A stretch of 64,000 bases of DNA, taken from the NCBI GenBank assembly GCA_016187025.1, contig JACPKM010000001.1:245688-309687 (forward strand), in the 5' to 3' direction. A program made the position numbers and the translations under genes. Below the pieces are notes generated by a model. The model made no database searches, had not been told where the DNA came from, and saw only the letters and a list, made by a program, of their open reading frames with translations. Shown here piece by piece: positions 57,029 to 64,000 of the stretch. Every line of letters begins with the position of its first letter. The first letter of the stretch is position 1. This DNA comes from Candidatus Daviesbacteria bacterium. GTDB taxonomy: Bacteria > Patescibacteriota > Microgenomatia > Daviesbacterales > UBA10151.

Positions 57029-60000
57029 GTGAACGATTTACTGGATTTTGAATCATTAAGAATAACGATTGCCAGTCCTGAACAAATCAGGTCGTGGTCA
57101 TTTGGTGAGGTGACCAAACCAGAGACTATAAATTACAGGACTTTAAAAGCGGAAAAAGACGGTCTTTTTTCTGAAAATATCTTTGGTCCAACCAAAGATT
57201 ATGAATGTTATTGTGGAAAGTATAAAAGAATCAGATATCGCGGAGTAATTTGTGATAAGTGTGGAGTTGAGGTTACTCAATCAAAGGTTAGAAGAGAAAG
57301 AATGGGTCATATTACTTTGGCATCTCCTGTTGCGCATAGCTGGTTTGTTAAAGGTGCTCCTTCCAAGTTATCCCTTGTTTTGGATATTTCTCCAAAGAAT
57401 TTGGAAAGCGTTGTTTATTTTGCTTCCTACTTGGTAACCAATATTGACCCAACTAAAAAGAATGCAAGCTTGGAAAGAGTAGACCAGGACCTACAAAAGA
57501 AATTAGAGGAGCAAAAGGCTCAGCTAGAAAAAGATATCAGGCTAAAAGAAGCAGAGTTTGAAACTCAGATTAAAGAGTTGAGAAAGAGTAAAGAGGGTGA
57601 GAAAGTAGAGTTACAAATTCAGGAAATAGAGCTAAAGAAAAGACAAGAGATCCAAAAGATGAGAGATAACAATGTGGTAGAGCAAGGGCAGTTAGAGAAT
57701 ATTTATAAAGCAGTTGGGGATTTAACAAAAAGTGTTACTTCACACAAACTTTTATCAGAAGATGAGTTTTATAAATTAGAAGAATATGGTGTATCTGATT
57801 TTATGGAGGTTGGAATGGGGGCTGAGGCCATTTTAGAAGTGCTAAAAAAGATGGATCTTGATAAGCTTTCCGCCTCCTTACGGGAGGAAGTCAGAAAAAC
57901 AACTGGTCAAAAACATGTCAAAGCCACAAAAAGACTGCGAATTATTGAAGGCATGAGATCAGCTGGAATGGCACCAGAAAATATGGTAGTCCGAATATTA
58001 CCTGTTCTTCCCCCAGACCTTCGTCCAATGGTTCAGCTGCCTGGAGGAAGGTTTGCAACATCTGATTTAAATGACTTATACAGAAGGGTAATCAACAGAA
58101 ACAACAGGCTAAACAGGCTTATTAATTTAGGCGCCCCGGAAATTATTTTAAGAAATGAAAAAAGAATGCTTCAGGAGGCAGTTGATGCATTGATTGATAC
58201 CACTCAAAGATCAGCCAGGCGCGGTGCAGGCACTCATACTTTAAGATCATTATCGGATATGTTAAGAGGAAAACAAGGCCGCTTTAGGCAAAATCTACTG
58301 GGTAAAAGAGTGGACTATTCAGGTAGATCAGTTATTGTGGTGGGTCCAAAGCTAAGACTTGATCAGGTTGGTTTACCAAAAGAGATGGCTTTGGAAATGT
58401 TTAAGCCATTTGTTTTGCGCGATATGATCGCAAGAGGTTTGGCATCAAACGTAAAGGGGGCAAAAAATGTTTTAGAAACACGTCCGTCAGAAGTTTGGGA
58501 TATCTTAGAAGAAATTATTAATGGGCATCCAATACTGATAAACCGCGCCCCTACTCTTCACAGGCTTGGTATCCAAGCCTTCTTCCCAGTATTAGTAGAT
58601 GGCAATGCTATTAAGATTCACCCTTGTATCTGTGCTGGGTTTAATGCTGATTTTGATGGAGATCAGATGGCAATCCATGTGCCTTTATCAGAAAAAGCAC
58701 AACAAGAAGCAAGAGATTTAATGACTGCCAAGGAAAACATTTTTGGTCCTGCTAACGCCCAACCTATTACAGTTCCAAACAGAGAAATGGCACTTGGTTG
58801 TTATTACCTAACTACCTTAAAAGATTTAAGCAGTGAAAAAGAAGTTAAGATATTTACCGATGAAACAGAGGCAATTTTAGCATACCAAAAGGAAGTAATT
58901 GGTTTGCAGGAAAAAATTAAAGTAAGAATATTCTCTGAGATTTTGGAAACTTCAGTTGGGAGAATTTTATTCAATCAGATCTTACCTGAAGGGATGAGGT
59001 TTTTGAATGCACCAGTTAAGGGTGGAACTATAAGAGATATTATTTTGAAAGCAACAGAAACATTTAGTAGAGAAGAGGTGGTAGAGTTAATAGATAGTAT
59101 CAAGTCGCTGGGTTTTTGGTCTGCAACACGGGCTGGAATTTCAATTGGTTTGTTTGATGCAAAGGTTGTTCCAGATAAACAGGAATACTTAGACAAAGCT
59201 GAAAAAGAGATAGAGGAAATCGAAAAAAATGTTGCAAAGGGACTTATAACTCCTCAGGAAAAATCCCAATTATCGCAAATGGTTTGGATTAGAGCAACTG
59301 AGGATTTAGCAAATGCTACCTGGGATTATATGGGTCAAAGTAATCCCATTAGAATGATGGTTGAAGCAGGTGCCCGGGGGTCAAGAGATCAAGCAAAGCA
59401 GCTATCCGCTATGAGAGGACTTTCCACAGATCCTACAGGAAAAATCGTTGAGCTCCCTACAAAGTCAAATTACAGGCAAGGTTTATCTGTGTTTGAATAC
59501 TTTACCTCGGCCAGAGGTGCAAGAAAAGGTGTTGCTGATAAAGCTCTAAAAACTGCAGATGCTGGGTATTTGACCAGAAGACTTGTTGATGTGGCGCACG
59601 ATATGATTATTAGAACTGAAGATTGCGGAACCAAACAAGGATTAGAAATTATTATTGGGGGCAATCTTTCCTCTGCCAGGGAAAAACTTTTGGGCAGAAA
59701 AATTTTAGAAAAGGCAGTTGATCCAAAAACTAAAAAAGAACTTTTCAAAGCTGGTGAAATAGTGATTGAAGATCAGATTGAACAGCTGGTTAAAGCAGGG
59801 GTTGATAAGCTTATGGTTAGGTCTCCGCTTACTTGTGAGAATAAGTTTGGAATCTGTGCCAATTGTTATGGATATGATTTGACTACCAGGAGACTGGTGC
59901 AAATTGGTACTCCTGTGGGTGTGGTTGCTGCTCAAGCTATTGGTGAACCTGGTACACAGCTAACAATGAGAACTTTCCATACTGGAGGTATTGTCGGGGT

Positions 60001-60712
60001 TGATATTACCCAAGGTTTGCCCCGTGTAGAAGAACTTTTTGAAGCCAGAACTCCTAAGATTATTGCTCCAATGTCTGAAATTGCAGGTAAGGTATCGGTG
60101 ATTGAAGGAGACATGGGGGTTAAGGTGGTAATAAGAACAACTCAAAAGCCACATGAGGAAAGAGAGTATCTAATACCAGCCACCTCTGAGCTTTTGGTCG
60201 AGGATGGGCAACTAATTCCTGCAGGAACTATTCTTGCCTCAGGTCACTTGGATGTAAAGGATGTATTAAGGGTTAAAGGCTTGACTGAGGCTCAAAAATA
60301 TATTGTAAATGAAGTTAGAAAAGTTTATGAATCTCAGGGTGTACCAATTAACGAAAAGCACTTTGAGGTAATTGTGCGAAAAATGTCTGATAAGGTAAGA
60401 ATTGAATCTCAAGGTGATACAAATCTTCTTCCTGGAGAAGTTGTGGATAAGATTAAATTCGAAGATGAGAATATGAGAGTTTTGGCAAGCGGTGGAGAGC
60501 CATCAACAGCAGAAGTGGTTATTTTGGGTATTACCAGAGCAAGCCTCCAAACAGAGAGCTTTTTGTCAGCTGCTTCCTTCCAGGAAACAACTACAGTATT
60601 ATCTGATGCAGCTATCCAGGGAAAGACGGATAGGTTGTTAGGCCTTAAGGAAAATGTTATAATTGGCCGACTTATACCGACTAGTCCTGATAGGGCTAAA
60701 ATGGAGAGTTAA
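57029..60712 (+). CDS. rpoC: RNA polymerase beta' subunit
   Basis: KPETINYRT, zinc finger CYCGKY/CDKCG, NADFDGDQM, GEPGTQLTMRTFH. Confidence 0.99.
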   Translation: MNDLLDFESLRITIASPEQIRSWSFGEVTKPETINYRTLKAEKDGLFSENIFGPTKDYECYCGKYKRIRYRGVICDKCGVEVTQSKVRRERMGHITLASPVAHSWFVKGAPSKLSLVLDISPKNLESVVYFASYLVTNIDPTKKNASLERVDQDLQKKLEEQKAQLEKDIRLKEAEFETQIKELRKSKEGEKVELQIQEIELKKRQEIQKMRDNNVVEQGQLENIYKAVGDLTKSVTSHKLLSEDEFYKLEEYGVSDFMEVGMGAEAILEVLKKMDLDKLSASLREEVRKTTGQKHVKATKRLRIIEGMRSAGMAPENMVVRILPVLPPDLRPMVQLPGGRFATSDLNDLYRRVINRNNRLNRLINLGAPEIILRNEKRMLQEAVDALIDTTQRSARRGAGTHTLRSLSDMLRGKQGRFRQNLLGKRVDYSGRSVIVVGPKLRLDQVGLPKEMALEMFKPFVLRDMIARGLASNVKGAKNVLETRPSEVWDILEEIINGHPILINRAPTLHRLGIQAFFPVLVDGNAIKIHPCICAGFNADFDGDQMAIHVPLSEKAQQEARDLMTAKENIFGPANAQPITVPNREMALGCYYLTTLKDLSSEKEVKIFTDETEAILAYQKEVIGLQEKIKVRIFSEILETSVGRILFNQILPEGMRFLNAPVKGGTIRDIILKATETFSREEVVELIDSIKSLGFWSATRAGISIGLFDAKVVPDKQEYLDKAEKEIEEIEKNVAKGLITPQEKSQLSQMVWIRATEDLANATWDYMGQSNPIRMMVEAGARGSRDQAKQLSAMRGLSTDPTGKIVELPTKSNYRQGLSVFEYFTSARGARKGVADKALKTADAGYLTRRLVDVAHDMIIRTEDCGTKQGLEIIIGGNLSSAREKLLGRKILEKAVDPKTKKELFKAGEIVIEDQIEQLVKAGVDKLMVRSPLTCENKFGICANCYGYDLTTRRLVQIGTPVGVVAAQAIGEPGTQLTMRTFHTGGIVGVDITQGLPRVEELFEARTPKIIAPMSEIAGKVSVIEGDMGVKVVIRTTQKPHEEREYLIPATSELLVEDGQLIPAGTILASGHLDVKDVLRVKGLTEAQKYIVNEVRKVYESQGVPINEKHFEVIVRKMSDKVRIESQGDTNLLPGEVVDKIKFEDENMRVLASGGEPSTAEVVILGITRASLQTESFLSAASFQETTTVLSDAAIQGKTDRLLGLKENVIIGRLIPTSPDRAKMES

Positions 60713-60718
60713 AAAACA

Positions 60719-61165
60719 ATGCCTACAATCAATCAATTAGTTAGAAAGCCAAGAAAAAAAGTAGCAAAAAAAGTTAAAGCAACAGTTTTGCGGCGTAACT
60801 TTAACGCTAAAGATAGAAAATACTCAACAACTTTTAACCCACAAAAGCGAGGAGTGGTAACTTTAGTCAAAACCATGACTCCTAAAAAACCAAATTCAGC
60901 ACTACGAAAGGTGGCAAGAGTGAGATTATCTAATAGAACAGAGGTCACAGCCTATATCCAAGGTGAAGGTCATAACTTAGCAGAGCATGGAATCGTGATG
61001 GTTAGAGGTGGAAGAGTGAGAGACTTACCAGGTGTGAAATATCATTTAATTAGAGGAAAATATGACCTAGAAGGCGTGCAAAAGAGAAATCAAAGCAGGT
61101 CCATTTACGGAACCAAAAAAGGAGGAGGAGGAGCTGTTAAAAAGTCAGCACCAGCACCTAGTTAA
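60719..61165 (+). CDS. rpsL: 30S ribosomal protein S12
   Basis: [31 protein letters not shown]. Confidence 0.99.
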   Translation: MPTINQLVRKPRKKVAKKVKATVLRRNFNAKDRKYSTTFNPQKRGVVTLVKTMTPKKPNSALRKVARVRLSNRTEVTAYIQGEGHNLAEHGIVMVRGGRVRDLPGVKYHLIRGKYDLEGVQKRNQSRSIYGTKKGGGGAVKKSAPAPS

Positions 61166-61168
61166 AAT

Positions 61169-61645
61169 ATGCGTGGTAAAAGAGTGGAAAAGAAAATATT
61201 ACAGCCAGATCCAATTTTTGGGTCAAGGCTGCTACACCGGTTTATCAATAAAATTATGTATGATGGCAAAAAATCAATTGCCCAAAACTTGGTTTATAAA
61301 GCTTTAGAGGAAATAAAAGAACAAACCAAACAAGATCCACTTAGTGTTTTCGAAAGAGCCATTCAAAATATCTCTCCTAGAATGGAGGTCCGTCCAAGAA
61401 GAGTGGGAGGGGCTTCCTACCAGGTGCCTGTTGAGGTAAGAGGAGATAGGAAAGAGGCCTTGGCTATCAGATGGTTGGTGACCTCAGCCAGAGCCAGGTT
61501 AAATTCTCAATACCACAGCTTTTCTCAAAAACTGGCTGCAGAGATTATGGATGCTGCAAATAATGCTGGTGGTGCGGTGAAGAAAAAAGAAGACGTTCAA
61601 AAAGTTGCATCTGCCAATAGGGCGTTTTCCCACTTTCGTTGGTAA
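61169..61645 (+). CDS. rpsG: 30S ribosomal protein S7
   Basis: MYDGKKSIA, RRVGGASYQVP, ANRAFSHFRW. Confidence 0.99.
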   Translation: MRGKRVEKKILQPDPIFGSRLLHRFINKIMYDGKKSIAQNLVYKALEEIKEQTKQDPLSVFERAIQNISPRMEVRPRRVGGASYQVPVEVRGDRKEALAIRWLVTSARARLNSQYHSFSQKLAAEIMDAANNAGGAVKKKEDVQKVASANRAFSHFRW

Positions 61646-61699
61646 CGAAATGTGGTTTGCCGCCCTGCGATAGTTCCCCCGCTACGAGGGGTAGTTCTA

Positions 61700-61731
61700 T
61701 CTAATGGGCCTTTGCCCACTTCCGCTAGTAA
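61700..61731 (+). repeat. Degenerate second copy of the rpsG 3' end
   Basis: tct aat -gg gcc ttt gcc cac ttc cgc tag taa versus gcc aat agg gcg ttt tcc cac ttt cgt tgg taa (61613-61645). Confidence 0.65.
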
Positions 61732-61752
61732 ATTTCCTGATATAATCTTTTT

Positions 61753-61794
61753 GTGATTAAAGTAGTTTTGTTTGACATTGATGGGGTAGTGTAA
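61753..61794 (+). pseudogene. N-terminal remnant of a HAD-superfamily hydrolase
   Basis: VIKVVLFDIDGVV* (HAD motif I, DxDG) preceded by TGaTATAAT 6 nt upstream. Confidence 0.65.
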
Positions 61795-61808
61795 GTCAAT
61801 GAAAGGCT

Positions 61809-62411
61809 ATGATCTATAAGCTCTCAGATTTGACTAAAGAAAAAATTGAGATAATTGGAAATTACCTAAAAGAAGGAAAAATAGGGGTAATTCCTACAGA
61901 TACTATATATGGAATTGTGGGAGCTGCATTTTTACAAGAAACTGTAGAAAGAATTTATGAGTTAAGAAAAAGGTCAAAAGATAAGCCAATGATTATTCTA
62001 ATATCATCTCTGGATGATTTAAAAAAGTTTGAAATTGTCCTCACTAAAAAGCAGAAAGAGTTTTTAGCAAAAAACTGGCCAAATCCTTTGAGTGTGGTTT
62101 TAGAATGTAAAAATGAAAAATATAAATATCTGCACAGAGGTAAAGATAGCCTGGCTTTTAGAGTGCCAAAAGATAAATTTTTACAACAAATTTTAAATAT
62201 CAGTGGTTCACTAGTTGCCCCAAGTGCAAATTTTGAAGGAGAAAAGCCTTCTGAAACCATCGCTGATGCTAAAAACTACTTTGGACAAAACGTCGGTTTA
62301 TATATTGATAAAGGTAAAATTACCTCTTCCTCATCCACATTAGTAATGGTTTTAGAAGATGGAGCTGTAAAAATATTGAGAGAAGGGGCGTTTAAAGGGT
62401 TTGCGAGTTGA
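61809..62411 (+). CDS. tsaC: Threonylcarbamoyl-AMP synthase (TsaC/Sua5/YrdC)
   Basis: IPTDTIYG, IYELRKRSKDKP, APSANFEG, SSTLV, ILREGA. Confidence 0.93.
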   Translation: MIYKLSDLTKEKIEIIGNYLKEGKIGVIPTDTIYGIVGAAFLQETVERIYELRKRSKDKPMIILISSLDDLKKFEIVLTKKQKEFLAKNWPNPLSVVLECKNEKYKYLHRGKDSLAFRVPKDKFLQQILNISGSLVAPSANFEGEKPSETIADAKNYFGQNVGLYIDKGKITSSSSTLVMVLEDGAVKILREGAFKGFAS

Positions 62412-62444
62412 CTTTTAGCCAAATTGATCTTATTATTTACAATT

Positions 62445-62471
62445 AGCCTCCGGATTCGAGGAGGTTTTTTT
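62445..62471 (+). terminator. Terminator/attenuator-like hairpin before the Gre-like gene
   Basis: agcctcc-ggattcga-ggaggtt then a T-run; TTGACT-17-TATTAT promoter-like sequence at 62408-62436. Confidence 0.65.
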
Positions 62472-62476
62472 AATCT

Positions 62477-62710
62477 ATGATGATTACTACGGTAAAGGAA
62501 GAAAAGTTAAAAATGTGGAGAGCCAATTTAAAACAGCTTGAAGAAGAGCTGAATCAAATAATGACCAAAAAAGGAGAAGCTGCAAGAGAAGGAGATTTGA
62601 GAGAAAACGCTGCATATCAAATGGCAGTTGAAGATGCTGAGACGTGGAGAGTAAGGATTGAGGAAATTAAAAAGATTATTGAGAATCTAGAAAAGGAGAA
62701 ACAAAAATAA
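62477..62710 (+). CDS. GreA N-terminal coiled-coil-only protein
   Basis: [14 protein letters not shown] matches the GreA tip motif GDLxENxxY; no C-terminal globular domain. Confidence 0.8.
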   Translation: MMITTVKEEKLKMWRANLKQLEEELNQIMTKKGEAAREGDLRENAAYQMAVEDAETWRVRIEEIKKIIENLEKEKQK

Positions 62711-64000
62711 TGGCTGCTATCACTAAAACAACCAATCGTAATTTTCCTCTAGACCGGATCCGCAACATGGGAATCATCGCTCATATTGATGCAGGGAAAA
62801 CTACCACCACAGAACGCATTCTTTTTTATACGGGGAGAACTTACAAAATTGGTGATATTGACGAAGGAAATACGGTTACAGATTGGATGGAGCAAGAAAG
62901 AGAAAGGGGTATTACTATTGTCTCTGCTGCCATCACCACCTTTTGGACTCCAAAGGAAGGTCCATACAAGGATCAAGAAACCAGGATTAACTTAATTGAT
63001 ACTCCAGGACATGTTGATTTTACAGCTGAGGTTGAAAGGTCTTTGCGTGTTTTGGATGGAGGAGTAATAGTTTTAGATTCATCCTCAGGTGTTCAATCGC
63101 AAACTGAAACTGTGTGGAGACAAGCAAATAAGTATAAAGTTCCTTTGGTAGCATTTGCAAATAAAATGGATGTTTTGGGAGCAGACTTTTTTGGAACAAT
63201 TCAATCTGCAAGAGACAGACTAGGAGCAAATGCAATTGCCCTAAATATTCCAATCGGGAAAGAAAATGACTTTAAGGGAGTCGTGGATTTACTTGGCCAA
63301 AAAGCGCTGATTTGGGAAGATGATGGGACTGGTGCAAAGTTTAATACTGTTGATATTCCGCAAGATTTGGTTGAAGAGGCCAAAACTCACCGCGAGAAAT
63401 TAGTTGAAGAAATTGCAGGAACCGATGATGCTTTAATGGAGAAATACCTAAATAGCGAAGATATCTCAGTAGAGGAGTTGAAAAAAGCACTCCGCCAAGC
63501 AGTGATTGATAATAAAATAGTTCCAGTACTGGCAGGTTCATCTTTAAGAAATAAAGGAGTGCAACCAATGCTTGATGCGGTTGTAGAATACCTTCCATCA
63601 CCTCAAGATATTGGTTCTGTTTTTGGACAAGATACAGACGATTTAGAACAGCAATTAGAAAGAAAAGCTGACCCATCTGCTCCGCTGTCTGCGCTGGCTT
63701 TTAAAGTCCAAGTAGATCCACACGTAGGAAAGCTGACCTATCTTAGAATTTATTCCGGAACTCTAAAAGGTGGAACGTATATTTATAATCCCACCAAAAG
63801 AACAAAAGAAAGAGTTGGAAGACTTCTATTAATGCATGCAAATGATAGAGAAGAGATTGATGAGGCCTATGCAGGAGAAATAGTAGCAGCAGTTGGACTC
63901 AAAGATACAATTACCGGAGATACCCTTTGTGATGAGGATTCCCCAATTGTACTGGAAAATATTTCCTTTCCTGATCCAGTGATATCTTTGGCAATCGAAC
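62710..64000 (+). CDS. fusA: Elongation factor G (runs off the window end; absent from the ORF track)
   Basis: ATG 62710; [50 protein letters not shown]. Confidence 0.98.
   Translation, partial: MAAITKTTNRNFPLDRIRNMGIIAHIDAGKTTTTERILFYTGRTYKIGDIDEGNTVTDWMEQERERGITIVSAAITTFWTPKEGPYKDQETRINLIDTPGHVDFTAEVERSLRVLDGGVIVLDSSSGVQSQTETVWRQANKYKVPLVAFANKMDVLGADFFGTIQSARDRLGANAIALNIPIGKENDFKGVVDLLGQKALIWEDDGTGAKFNTVDIPQDLVEEAKTHREKLVEEIAGTDDALMEKYLNSEDISVEELKKALRQAVIDNKIVPVLAGSSLRNKGVQPMLDAVVEYLPSPQDIGSVFGQDTDDLEQQLERKADPSAPLSALAFKVQVDPHVGKLTYLRIYSGTLKGGTYIYNPTKRTKERVGRLLLMHANDREEIDEAYAGEIVAAVGLKDTITGDTLCDEDSPIVLENISFPDPVISLAIE

Noticed and set aside
53658-60712. Inteins, introns or rpoB-rpoC fusion
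   Set aside because: Both ORFs are continuous, of normal size and separately terminated; the coiled-coil insert in RpoC looks like a lineage-specific insertion without intein motifs.
1-64000. Alternative genetic code (TGA read as Gly, as in Gracilibacteria/Absconditabacteria)
   Set aside because: Conserved genes are full length under code 11 and several (hrcA, dnaK, infB) end in TGA at the expected position.

Overview
A low-GC (roughly 35-38% by eye), gene-dense bacterial chromosome segment. Its gene content and streamlined proteins (short IF2, short AlaRS, ATPase-only Lon-like protein, pilin-like PsbP-type proteins, FemAB, sortase, LCP) point to a Patescibacteria/CPR genome of the Microgenomates type; this taxonomy is inference. 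Most of the window is core genes: pcrA, tpiA, pilN/O, rpsT, murJ, lepA, CIRCE-hrcA-grpE-dnaK-dnaJ, nusA-infB, rpsO-pnp, rnj, ftsK, alaS, mltG, rpoB-rpoC-rpsL-rpsG and a partial fusA. An accessory zone at about 3-14.7 kb holds three toxin-antitoxin pairs (MNT-HEPN, BrnTA, VapBC), a Fic-HTH fusion and a ~110-bp IS200/IS605-like palindromic mini-element. I found no tRNA, rRNA, CRISPR array, integrase or transposase. The most unusual signals are: (1) period-7 DNA repeat arrays written in-frame into loops of conserved genes (femAB-like once, lepA twice); (2) many short gene scars and diverged duplicates of neighbouring gene ends that flank accessory genes; (3) a multi-branch structured rpoB leader; (4) a -10 box placed 6-8 nt before many start codons, suggesting widespread leaderless mRNAs; (5) an actin-like/TM/baseplate-J-like protein cotranscribed with sortase, yqgF and mltG; (6) several truncated or catalytically degenerate homologues (Gre, Lon, NadE, DHH). 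All calls come from reading the sequence and recognising motifs; no database searches were run.
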